This document shows, piece by piece, positions 25,220-36,668 of a DNA stretch of 64,000 nucleotides. The stretch's first letter is position 1, and every line of letters starts with the position of its first letter. Position numbers and translations under genes: made by a program. The notes beneath the pieces are model-generated. The model did no database searches. It was not told the DNA's origin and saw only the letters and a program-made list of their open reading frames with translations. Origin of the DNA: Podarcis gaigeae (taxonomy: Eukaryota); assembly GCA_964106915.2 (NCBI GenBank), contig OZ066921.1. One strand, 5' to 3'.

Positions 25220-25427
25220 CTTCTTTACGTCTTGAACGTTAGAGTAAGCTAGTGAAATGCCTGCTACTCTCATGGCACCACCATTCCCATAGGAGCCTTT
25301 CCCATTAAACTGCTGTCTCGCTGGCTCAAACACATCTCTGCATTTTGGGCGAAGAAGTTTCTTGAATACAGTAATCACACTGGCGCCATAGGTCCGGTCA
25401 GGGTCTTTCTTGTATTCTTCAGCAAAC
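25220..25427 (-). CDS. ADPRS: ARH3 exon 3
   Basis: ctgcag| ... |gtttgt; 208 nt; FAEEYKKDPDRTYGASVITVFKKLLRPKCRDVFEPARQQFNGKGSYGNGGAMRVAGISLAYSNVQDVKK. Confidence 0.95.
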
Positions 25428-26515
25428 CTGCAGGGAGACTATGTTAAAATGCAACTCCACTTACATTCTGTGAGCTATCACTGGACAGCTGCTAATATGA
25501 AAAAAGAATAGTGCCTAGTTTGTCCAGTTAGCAGGGTGAATTTGGAGGATATATTTATTTCATTAATAAATTGCTTCCCATGAAACATCCCAAAGCAATT
25601 TACCAATAAGAAAACCAATAAGAAAACACATATAAATACAATTTCCAGGCCAATGAAGATAAGACTACATAAGAACATAAGAATAGCAATCTATTCTCAC
25701 AGTGGCCAACCAGATGTCTGTGGGAAACCAGCGAGCAAAATATGAACACAAGAGCACACTCCCCTCCTATGGTTTCCAGCAACTGGTATTTGGAAATATT
25801 GCTGCCTCCTACTGGAAAGGCAGAGCACGGACATCATGGCTAATAGCCACTGATAGCCCTTGCCTCCACAAATTAATTGGTCTACTCCTCTTTCAGCAAC
25901 CCTGACTACTGCACTGTTCTCTCCTAACTTTTAGATCATATATGAACAAGTTAAAATGCACAGGTCCCAATGCCAATCATTGGGGGACTGAGATAAAAAT
26001 TTCCACTTAAAAGGCTTGTTGGAAAAGGAAGGTCTTCCCCAGGTGCCAACAGGTGAACAATAAGTACAGTGCCTGATTGCCCAGCAGTGGCAAAGTGGGT
26101 GAATTAACTGATCATGCTACTTAATCAAGTTAAAGTTCGCAACTCTATTTCACACAGGACGTAGATTCTTCTCAAGCCCTCTTCAACAGTATCTTAGGGG
26201 CTGTCCCTGTGTGTTTAGGAAATACATGCAAAGAAGCACCCTAGATGTTGCCAACCATGTACATCTCTGTAGTGGAAACAATCAGATAAGAATAAAGGAA
26301 ACTCTGGGAAGGTTTTCTTTTCCTTGCCTAACACAAAAAAGGAGGACTGAGAAATTCCTCAAAACCTGGGAAGAGAAATGCTTACATAAACTCTCACCCC
26401 TTTTCCCACCACGCCACACAAAAAGCCTCAGGACATTTCATTTTTGTTAAAAACTGGTATGGTTGGGTAAGCATGCAGGAAACTACACAAAGATGCCTTA
26501 AGTTGCACTCATATA

Positions 26516-26879
26516 AAGGTAAAGGTAAAGGTACCCCTGCCCGTACGGGCCAGTCTTGAGAGACTCTGGGGTTGTGCGCCCATCTCACTCAAGAGGCCAG
26601 GGGCCAGCGCTGTCCGGAGACACTTCCGGGTCACGTGGCCAGCGTGACAAAGCTGCATCTGGCGAGCCAGAGCCGCACACGGAAACGCCGTTTACCTTCC
26701 CGCTGGTAAGCGGTCCCTATTTATCTACTTGCACCCGGAGGTGCTTTCGAACTGCTAGGTTGGCAGGCGCTGGGACCGAGCAGTGGGAGCGCACCCCGCC
26801 GCAGGGATTCGAACCGCCGACCTTTCGATCGGCAAGTCCTAGGCGCTGAGGCTTTAACCCACAGCGCCACCTGCGTCCC
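26516..26879 (-). mobile_element. Sauria SINE, full length
   Basis: Near-identical reverse complement of the 10870 copy; TSD CACTCATATA (26506-26515, 26882-26891). Confidence 0.92.
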
Positions 26880-27233
26880 AACACTCATATACTGAGAGCT
26901 AAGTCCCAATGAACAGGGTAGATTTTACTTCTGAGTAAATCTGCACAGGATCATTGCCTTATCTTTTTTAATTTTCAAAAAAACAATGTGAACGTGCAAG
27001 TTCCCACTCCCACGGAATCAGTTCAGAAGCGTTTTAGGATACAGAAAGGAATGAGTAATCATAAAAATAAAAAGGGACAGAGTCCATTTCAATTATTTCT
27101 TTGTCAAACCCATCAGTCCATCCAGCCCATTACTGTGAACTGTGACTGGGTGCACCTGTCCAGGATCTCAAGCTGAAAGAGATTTTCCACACCTACTCTT
27201 CAAAATCTCTTGTAACTACAGCACCCTCCTTAC

Positions 27234-27330
27234 CGCTTTGCCATATCCACTTCATCAAAGTCCTGCTTGGCTAGTAGTGACCTCACTATCGAGTGAGTCA
27301 TAGCTGTGTCATCACTGTAGAAGTGGATTC
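27234..27330 (-). CDS. ADPRS: ARH3 exon 2
   Basis: ttctag| ... |gtaagg; 97 nt; (G)IHFYSDDTAMTHSIVRSLLAKQDFDEVDMAK(R), carrying the Mg-binding DD motif. Confidence 0.93.
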
Positions 27331-28342
27331 CTAGAAGGTAGGAAGTGCAGAAATGTCAGCATACGATGGATAGACTAGAAAGGACGTGGATGTGTGCTGA
27401 GTATGTTCTTTTCCCTTTCCTCTTTCCCCTGAATAAAAATTTGGGAAGAGTAGTTAACTGATAAAGAGGTATCAGGCAATTCTAGAGGAAGAAGGTCACT
27501 CTGTACATGTTCAGAGAACTTCACCCATTACTGAGTTCAGCATAATCTTAGCATTCAAAACACACACAAGTGGGGTTCAGATAAAACCTTCATTTCGTGG
27601 GGAAAAGAGATACCAGAGCTCACAACCAGACACTCCTTGTCTGCAGTTATAATACTGGCACTGTGCAATAACAACAACAATTATAAACAAACATCTTATT
27701 ATAACATGATATGGCAAAATTAGGTTATTTCCATGGCAGTAGTCAACAGAAGAATTTCCAGAGTATGTTTCTTCATTACACCAAAGGCTCACCAATTTGC
27801 CATTGTAACTATTTTGCTTTAGGTAATTGTCAGCTGACTGTTCATTTTGCATTTTATTTTCCTTTGCTCCAAATCCTTGCCACAATATGCGCATAGGTCT
27901 TTTTAGTGTCTTTTTAGTGTCCACCCAGATTATGGAACAAATAAAAGTGTTCCATAATCTGGGTGGAGACGCTAAAAAGACCTAATTTTCATATTATGTA
28001 TAGTACACACTTTATTATTATTATTAAATAATGATGCTTGAATTTGTATTCCACCCTTTCCCCCAAAGCAGCTCCTCATTGTTATTTGCTGCTTACTGAG
28101 GACCTTTTTATTTTATGAGGTAAAGAATTGTTTTTTGTTGCAAAATGTGGCTGCCACTCTCTCTTTTTTTATTGTTTTATGGAATTGTAATGCTTTAAGC
28201 CACGCTGAAGGAACTGTTTTTACTCTAAAAGGGTGGGATGTACAAGTTTTCATAAATACGTATGCTTGCCAATTTAGGATTAAATCTCATACACCTGCTG
28301 AAGCAGAATGTTGTCAGTGAGAGCTTATGCTCTAATAAAGTA

Positions 28343-28594
28343 CAGTCATACCTTGGGTTGAATATGCTTCAGGTTGAGCGTTTTTGAGTTGCACTCTGCG
28401 GTGACCCGGAAGTAACGGAGCACGTTACTTCCAGGTTTCGCCGCTCGTGCATGCGCAGACGCTCAAAATGATGTCATGCACATGCGTGGAAGCGGCAAAT
28501 TGCGACCCGCGCACACACAGACATGGGTTGCGTTCACTTCAAGATGCGAACGGGGCTCCGGAACGGTTCCCGTTCCTATCCAGAGTCACCACTG
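28343..28594. mobile_element. Tc1/mariner MITE, related subfamily, CpG-rich
   Basis: TA-CAGT ... ACTG-TA termini with degenerate TIRs; internal pieces resemble the 32218 copy in opposite orientation. Confidence 0.7.
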
Positions 28595-28841
28595 TAGTTC
28601 CATTAGCGCAAGGATTTCCATTTGCACAGTGGAACTTCCTCTCCTCTCCTCATGCACTCCTCAAATTTGCTAAGGGAAACCCAGAATAAATTTAAGGGGG
28701 TTTCAGAGAAAGGAAGGACATGTTTTGTTCCACAGCCAAAAGTTCCTGCACTAATGGAACTACTTGATGCTGCCCTCAGTCAATAAAGACTCTTGTGGGA
28801 TCTTACTCTTCTAGCATAAGAAGAAGGCATTTTTAAAACAA

Positions 28842-31420
28842 TTTAACTCGCTTTTTTACTTCTCCAATTTTTAACTCGCTTTTTTACTTCTCCAACCTAT
28901 GGAGTTAAAAACGATTTTAAATTTGGCGCCCCTTGGTACAACTCTACTTGCAAACTAGCCAGACTCCATCTACATACAATATATAATGACTATAAACTTT
29001 CCGACGCTCCGGCCTTATCTCCATCTTATTCCCTGGCTAAAAAAGCATACAAACAGGCCCAGAAATCGGCCAAACGGGAATGGCATTTAAATCGTTGGCA
29101 GACTATAATTTCTGCCTCAAAATCTCATAACTCCCGGAAATTTTGGTCCTTAATAAAGGGAAGAAGCACGAAATATCCCTTAACGGTGATCCCGGCCACT
29201 ACATGGGGAGCAGTTCCTGAGAAAATATTTCTCAGTTGCAGAAGCTCCGGCCATTCATTGGAGACCTTCTAATCCCCTTCCTGTCTGGCCTAATACCAAC
29301 CCTGCTGAAATCCTAGAATTGATAGCTGAGCTGAAAACTGGTAAGGCCCCTGGGCCTGATTTGGTCCCTGTTGAGGCTATAAAGCTTCATCCTGTATGGT
29401 GGGCAGGGATTTTAGCTAAAACGTTTGACGCAATAAATGCCACGGGCTTAATACCAGGAATGTGGAAGGAGGCCATTATAATTCCTATCTACAAAAAAGG
29501 CCCTCCCGGTGACCCGGGGAATTACCGGAATATCAGTCTGCTATCGTCCATTGGGAAAATATATGCCCGTTTTTTGCTGGCAAGGTTGATGAAGTGGTCA
29601 GTTGAGGCTGACCTGATTGGACATGAGGAAGCTGGATTTAGATCAAACCGATCCACAACAGACCAGGCAATTATTCTTTATCACTTAGCCCGGAAATACT
29701 CGACATAGATTTGAAAAGCTGCGTTTGATAGTATTCCGAGGAAATTACTATGGGATAAACTTGCCGGCTGGGGAATAGATAGAAGGCTCCTGTGGCTTAT
29801 CTCCCAACTTCATGCCGGGTCCGTGGCCAGGGTGAGAATATCCCCTGCTGGAGACCTGACTAACCCTGTGCCAGTAAATAAGGGTGTACGCCAGGGTTGT
29901 ATTTTAGCGCCTCCTCTTTTTAACTTATTTATCAGTGATATGAGGAACCCATTAGCCGTCTCACAAAAAATTATCCATGCCCCTCATATAGCAGATTACC
30001 CTTGTCCTCTACTTCTCTACGCAGATGATGCGGTACTACTCTCTTACTCCAGAGTGGGTTTAAGGAGGGCACTAAAGATTTTTGCGACATATTGCCATTC
30101 TAATCATCTGTCTATCAACCACACCAAGTCCAAAGTACTGATATTTTCAAGGAGTCGAAAACTTTATTCATGGAAACTGGAGGGCACGAAAATTGAACAA
30201 GTACATAAATTTAAATATTTAGGAATTTATTTTCAATATAATTTAGGGTAGAAAGCGCACGTTGAATATATTCAAAACAAGACAAAAGCCCTATCACACT
30301 CCCTCCTCCGTTTTTTCTACTCTGAGGGGGCCTTATTCATCCCTGCGGCCTTGAAAGTGTATAGCATCAAAGTGATGGCCACAATGGCCTATGCTGCACC
30401 TTTATGGGCTGCCTTTGCAAACCTCTCACCTTTGGAGTCACTTCAAAGCCAATTCTTACGCCGACTCCTAAAATTACCAACATGCGTAAGTAATGCGGCT
30501 ATCCGCTTAGAAATGAAGATCCCCTCAGTGGAGTTAGTTATACGGAGGAGAGTTTTGATTTATTGGATATCTCTATGGCATAAACTCCCAAACCACTATC
30601 TCATTCAATGCATGTGGCGTGATGACTTCACAAATTCGTGGTCAGGAAAAATCCAAGCCAAATTGCTGTCCTATGAGATCTCGCCCACTGAACTGCTCAA
30701 GCTGGATCTAAATGTGGCAAAAAGGTGTATAAATCAAAGGCTGGATGATGCGGAGCTATACCAAAATTTCATAGCTGGCGGTGGAGCCTGTTCGCCGTTA
30801 AATTTCGGCATAACCCCTATCTACCGCGCTCCGTCCTACTTAACATCGCTAATGGCCGCGTCTCACCGATATGCCTTCATTAGAGCTAGGTTCAATGTCT
30901 TTCCATCAAATGTGCTGAGACATAGATTCACTAAGGGCCAAGTCTCTTCAATGTGTGCTTGTGAAATGAAAACATCTGAATCTCTACATCATGTTATGTT
31001 TATCTGCCCTTTGTACAGTTCAGCCCGCGCTAGTATACTAAACTCCATAATCCAGCCTATGGCTGACAAACCAGTAGACCTACAGCTTGCCTGGGTTCTT
31101 CAAGATGTGGATCCTTATATTACCCTACAGGTTGCTAAATTCCTAACAGCCGTCCTCTCGTACAAGAGACGGAATGGAATGTTAGCTGATTATTGATAGT
31201 TATAAGAATTTTCTATAATGACATCAGATATTGATTTTAATGTAGTGCCTAAAATTTTTAATCTTAATCTTTTCTTATGAATGGCTAATATCTGCCCTTG
31301 TGAGTTGTGAATTGTGTTATATTATTTGTGGTTTGTACGAGTCCGCTGTTTTATTTTTGTTGTTGTTGTGTGTGTTTTATGATGGGCGTAAAGCCGAATA
31401 AACATTTTGATTTGATTTGA
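28842..31420 (+). mobile_element. 5'-truncated non-LTR retrotransposon (RTE-X-like), ORF2 disrupted; antisense in ADPRS intron 1
   Basis: RT pieces GKAPGPD, PIYKKG..DPGNYRNISLLS, GFRSNRSTTD, DLKAAFDSI, GVRQGCILAP, LLYADD; C-terminal CxC..E..HH..CPLY knuckle; frameshift near 29705, TAG at 30249; ends AATAAA + (TTTGA)n. Clade assignment is tentative. Confidence 0.85.
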
Positions 31421-31699
31421 TATCCCTTTCACTGTAAAAAGAATGCTCAGAGCAGCTGGCAAGCAGGGCCAGCCCACTCATGAGGCAAGGTGAGGTGACC
31501 ACGTTGGGTGGCAGGATCCACAGGGGCAGCAGATCCAGCATCCAAGGAACAAAGCACCTGCTGCTGCCACCAGAGTGTTAAAAATTCCCAAGGAGCCAGG
31601 TGCATTTTGCAACCACATGGAGATCTCTGGATGCCAGATTAGCAAATGACATTCCATATAACTGGTCCCTCCAGCTTTCTTAAGAGGATAAGATGAAGA

Positions 31700-31900
31700 A
31701 CTTATTTATTGCATTTTTACCTCACCTTTTTCTCCAAGGAGTACATGGTTCAGTTAATCCCTACAATGACCCTGTGAGGTAGGTTAAGTGGCTGTGACTG
31801 GCCCAAGGTCACCCAGTGAGCTTCATGACTGAGTGGGGATTTGAACCCTGATCTTTCAGGTCCTAGGATGACACTGTAACCCCAACACCACACTGGCTTC
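31700..31900 (-). mobile_element. MIR-like ancient SINE
   Basis: CCCTGTGAGGTAGG...GGCCCAAGGTCACCCAG...GGATTTGAACCC pattern; similar remnants at ~11950-12130 and 47620-47770. Confidence 0.6.
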
Positions 31901-32217
31901 CTAGAGTACTTCTGCTATGGGGCAGCTATATAAATTAAGTAGGTAAATAAATGGGGAAAACAAAATGTCCCATAGAAGGATTGGAAATATTTTCATTGAA
32001 GCTTGAATTTGTTTTATTCTGGATCGTTTTATTTGATGTTTTAATGTGTTATAAACTGCTTTGAGATTTTTTCTTTAAAATACAAAGTGGTATAGAAATG
32101 AAATTATTATTATTAATAATAACAACAATAATAAATCTCATGGGGGGAAATGGAACCTAGACATTCTGTTGTGGCAACTGCAACCTATGCTTAAGGTGTC
32201 ATTTGGAGATTAGTGTA

Positions 32218-32399
32218 CAGTGGTACCTCTGGTTGCGGACAGGATCCGTTCCGGAGATCTGGTCGGATCCCGAGGTTTCCGCAACCGGAGGGACTGCTTC
32301 TGCGCATGGGGCAAACCCCAGAAAAATACTTCCGGTTTTGCCGCGTTCGCATCCTGAAGGATACGCAACCGAAGGTGTGCGTATCCAGAGGTACCACTC
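32218..32399. mobile_element. Tc1/mariner MITE, related subfamily
   Basis: CAGTGGTACCTCTGG / CCAGAGGTACCACT(C) termini, TA flanks. Confidence 0.8.
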
Positions 32400-33049
32400 T
32401 ATATATCTGAGTTTCTAACACTGCTTCCACAGTGGCCGCTCTCCCCAATGCCATCTGTACATCCGGGTGACCAAGAGATGTGGCTTGTATCCTCCCATCC
32501 CTCTGGAGAAAATAGAAAGGGCTGCCTCTGGGGTCTCCTGGGGTCTGCACCCACCTGGCATGATTCAGAGGTGGGGCTTTCCCCCGCCTTTGATTCCCAC
32601 ATCAACCGGCAGGGAAGGCTGCTTTGATTCCCCCCCCCCCCCACCGCACGTTGTCCCTGATGTAGATCTTTACTCACCCAAATCTTCCCTATGTGGATCC
32701 GTATAACCCCCTTGTTCCTGGTGCAAATCTTCACACTCCCCTTCTTCCTTGGCTGGGGAGGATGTTTTGTGGTGCGCCTCAGGTGCCAACCTGCCTTGGG
32801 CCGGTCGTTCTGTCAAGGCATTAAAAATAACCAAAATAAAAGCACCTGAGTGTTGTTCATCACCCTTCGGATTCCATGCCCCGAATCTGTACAGTGACCA
32901 TACACAGAGCCAGGAAGCCATTTCTTTAAAAGTTTTCATCAGAAATAAATTCACTTTTCGTCCTCTGCACCCTCAGGCTTGGCTCTCCAAGGTCTCTCTC
33001 TCTCTCTCTCTCTCACTCTCATATACAGCATCTTCTGTTACCTTGGGTG

Positions 33050-34210
33050 CTTCCCACCCAACCTGTTTGCTGATTGTGACGACGCGAAGAACCCTACTTA
33101 ATGAGGATTCACTCCGATTTGAGGAGGCTAGGCTCCGCTGGGTCAAATCATTCGTTTGCCTTCCCTTACTGCAAAACAAAAAAAAACCCCGACGCTTTCG
33201 AGAAAGCGGGCTTGTTGAGCAAGACCTCCAAAAAGCCAGCTTCAACTGCGCAAGTTGAATTTCGGCCTCTGAAGGCAGCCCCAAGCAAGGGGAGCTTCGC
33301 AAGGAAGGGCTGATAATCCCACGACACGAAGTCTTCCTCTCGTGACTGCCCACCGTTTACCGTGGAGAAAATGTCACAGCCCCGACGACACACCGAGGCG
33401 TGAGCCGCCCCGACCCCTCGGGAATAAATATGTGAGGGGCGGCGGGGAAGGGTCGCTTGCCCCAAATAAATTGGGGGCTCTCCCTCCCCCCCCCCACTCC
33501 CCGACACCCCCCGAAAAGGAAGGGCCGCCTCCCTCACCCCTGAGGGTCACCATCTGCTGAGGTAAAAGCGGCCCAGCTGACTCCGGAGGCCGCCTCAGCC
33601 CCTCCTCCTTTTACCTTTCTCGGGCGGCTGAAGCGAGCGCACGAAGCGCAGCAGCTCCGCCAAGTTGACCGTCTCGAAAGCTTCGAAGCCGCCGCCCAAG
33701 CAGTCGCCCAGCAGCGCTCCGAGCAGGCAGCCTCGGAACCGGCTTCGGCTCAGCACAGAAGCCGCGGCGGCCCCACCGCTCCCCACCACCGCCGCCGCCA
33801 TCTTGGCTCCTTTCGTTCGAGGCGGGAAGAGCGGCCCCGGCGGCCACGTGCCGCCCCCGCGCGGCTGCAAAGGACCCGCTTAGCCGCCGACGGGAGGAGG
33901 TGGTCGCCGCTTTCGCCGTCCCGTTGCCCTTGTGAAAAAACAGCGTTTTGTGTCTCGTTGAGTTTTTCCCTCAGCCGCTCTTTGTTTAGGCAGAGAACGG
34001 GGCGGTGTAGGGCATAGCAACAAAACGAAACAAAAGACGGAAGAGATCTGAACAATAGAATCGACCGCAGGCAAATGTAAAAACCTCATTTAAAAATGCC
34101 CGGGCAAGCCTAGCATTGTTACAGCACAGCGTCAAGAAGAACAACTCTTTCTTCTCTTACTCTAAATGAAATAAAAACAAATCTCTTTCTGGAGTAGCGA
34201 AATTCCACCG
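33050..34210. promoter_or_regulatory. CpG island / ADPRS promoter, with a YY1-type AAGATGGCGGC over the start codon and E-box CACGTG (33845-33850)
   Basis: Visibly GC- and CpG-rich compared with the CpG-depleted surroundings; spans exon 1. Motifs read directly from the sequence. Confidence 0.8.
33615..33801 (-). CDS. ADPRS: ADP-ribosylserine hydrolase ARH3, exon 1
   Basis: aagATGGCGGCG start; MAAAVVGSGG...SRFRGCLLGALLGDCLGGGFEAFETV (ARH family N-terminal motif with catalytic Glu); donor G|gtaaaa; 187 nt, phase 1. Confidence 0.93.
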
Positions 34211-34906
34211 CGGAATAGCTTTGTATACTAAGAAGGGCATGCACAGGACACACCTGTCATTTTGTGTCCTTGGGTTGCAACCCTACAGGTGTTTTACCTG
34301 ACCTTGGGGTTGTGGGGTGTCAGCTACTTTAATAGGAAAAGGGTTTTTTTTAATCTATATTGGCATCTCACATCATTGATGCATTAGGTCACCAGCACCA
34401 TCAGAGCAGTGCTATCTCTGGAGTTAACTTGGCCAGAGTCTTAAGCATGTTGTGCCTAGACATGGGCTCCAAATGTAATTTCACTTCTTGGCTTCCTGCG
34501 AAGCCAGGTAGCAGATTTTAGGTGCCATTTATGAGCGCAACGTGGGAGAGAAAGACAATTAGATCTGACTTGTAGCAGGCACAATTCCAAGGAAGTTATC
34601 CTGCGCAAGCCTTACCAAAATATTGTACTTATTTCCCAGTAAATTGTGTTCTGTATGGGAGATTCCAGATGAGATGTTTATTGAGCATTCATCCAGATAC
34701 ATTCACACCGAAGTGATACAACCAGCTAGTGGTTATCTTACAGTTCCCATTTGTCAATTTTCTGTCAATTTTCTTATCAGACTTCCTGTGATTAGAAAAG
34801 TGATGGGATATTTGCACATGTGCAGGATAAGAACCCTTTTTGTGTGTGTGCAAATTAATTATTCAGCAAGAAGCAAGAGTGCACCATTTGGAGTCTTTTG
34901 CCTTTA

Positions 34907-35148
34907 CAGTGGTACCTCAGATTAAGTACTTAATTCGTTCCGGAGGTCCATTCTTAACCTGAAACTGTTCTTAATCTGAAGCACCACTTTAGCTAATGGG
35001 GCCTCCCGCTGCCACCACGCTGCCGGAGCATGATTTGTGTTCTCATCCTGAAGCAAAGTTCTTAACCCGAGGTACTATTTCTGGGTTAGCAGAGTCTGTA
35101 ACCTGAAGCATATGTAACCTGAAGCATATGTAACCCTAGGTACCACTG
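34907..35148. mobile_element. Tc1/mariner MITE, same family as 2711-2928
   Basis: Colinear internal sequence, CAGTGGTACC termini, TA TSD. Confidence 0.88.
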
Positions 35149-35674
35149 TATAGAGGAGTCTAGTTTCTATATACACTCACACATGCCTTGCTGTCCTCAG
35201 TCCTAACAAGCAAGGGGCATTATTAGAGTTCCAGCTATGCCAAAACATTTTACACATCGTGTCAGTGAGGAGTGTGGTCATGGCAGAGTTTCAAGGGCCA
35301 CACAAGAGTTGCCTTGAGCACTGCATTTGATCCCTGGCCTGAGATTCCCCAAATGTACTTCACCAAACCTTTATTAGGCGTTACAAGTATAGGCCATCAT
35401 AAAACAACCATATATAAAAATTTAAAATATATACAAATAAACAGCCATGTAAAATATATAATGAGGAGGATTTTCATTGGGATTTCTTCCCGCTAAAACT
35501 CAGCCACCCTTGCAGTTACTTTCGGGTTCATGTCAGATAGAATCCGATATTTTCATTTTGCCATGATGTTACACTACCCAAAAAAGGGGATAGCACGCGT
35601 TTGCATAGCTGGTTAGTAGAAAAGGATATGTTCTACAGTGTCCGGCACATTCAAAGAACATCCACAATATCTTA

Positions 35675-35996
35675 AACCACAGAGCCTAGGGCTTGCTGAT
35701 CAGAAGGTTGGCAGTTCGAATCCCCATGACAGGCTGCGCTCCTGTTGCTTGGTCCCTGCTCCTGCCTACCTAGCAGTTCAAAAGCACGTCAAAGTAGATA
35801 AATAGATACTGCTCTGGTGGGAAGGTAAACAGCCTTTCTGTGTGCTGCTCTGGTTCACCAGAAGCGGCTTAGTCATGCTGGCCACATGACCCAGAAGCTG
35901 TACACCGGCTCCCTCGGCCAATAAAGCGAGATGAGCGCCGCAACCCCAGAGTCATCCATGACTGGACCTAATGATCAGGGGTCCCTTTACCTTTAC
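35675..35996 (+). mobile_element. Sauria SINE, older and 5'-truncated, flanked by a 42-bp duplication
   Basis: Same body and ACCTTT tail with CpG decay; flanks 35633-35674 and 35997-36038. Confidence 0.88.
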
Positions 35997-36180
35997 CTAC
36001 AGTGTCCGGCATATTCAAAGAACATCCACAATGTCTTATCATTTCTGGGGATGTTTAAATTTCTGCCCTTGTCAAAAGCTGAGGGGAAAACGTTCGGTCG
36101 GGCTAACGTAAAGGCCCTGCATTGGGCTGGAATTATTAATTTTGAGATATAAGTGACTCTGTTATCTGTTGTATTTAAAC

Positions 36181-36317
36181 CAGGCATAGGCAAACCCAGC
36201 CCTCCAGATGTTTTGAGACTACAATTCCCATCATCCCTGACCACTAGGTCCTGTTAGCTAAGGTTGATGGGAGTTGTAGTCCCAAAACATCTGAAGGGCC
36301 GAGTTTGCCTATGCCTG
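36181..36317. mobile_element. Palindromic hAT MITE
   Basis: Perfect 15-bp TIR CAGGCATAGGCAAAC; 8-bp TSD ATTTAAAC/ATTTAAAA; internal ACTACAATTCCCATCA / TGATGGGAGTTGTAGT. Decayed relatives near 700-835, 8890-9000, 37700-37810, 41715-41850, 47360-47490 and 52840-52985. Confidence 0.88.
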
Positions 36318-36419
36318 ATTTAAAACATAGAACTTGGGTTCCCCACCAAATTTAAAGAGATGCAAAAAGCAAAGCATAAAAGTATTTGACGTGTCAGAAA
36401 TACTGTCGCTGGGGACAGA

Positions 36420-36425
36420 TTTATT
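36420..36425 (-). terminator. TEKT2: TEKT2 poly(A) signal AATAAA
   Basis: TTTATT on the + strand, about 245 nt downstream of the TEKT2 stop codon. Confidence 0.7.
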
Positions 36426-36668
36426 GGTTATCACACTTTCTTGAAATACCAAAGCTGTAAACAAGGGGAAGTTTTATACAACCTTTGAGAACAGAAATGG
36501 GTCAGAAGGGAGAAGGAAAGTCATGTCACTCTTAACATGAGACAGATGTCATCTGCGCTTGGCATGGAAGGAAGTCACTGAGCGGGGGGCAGGGACTGTG
36601 TCACTCACTTCCCAAGCCAATTCCTTCTTCAGTATTACTCAAGGGATTATACATCTCATGCCATTATT

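Noticed and set aside
32191-33560. Several 100-170 aa ORFs in ADPRS intron 1
   Set aside because: GC-rich, MITE or microsatellite sequence with no recognisable domain; expected by chance near a CpG island.
33595-33870. 91-aa ORF extending ARH3 N-terminally from a non-ATG start
   Set aside because: The start at 33870 is TTG; the ATG at 33801 has a strong Kozak context and matches the expected N-terminus.
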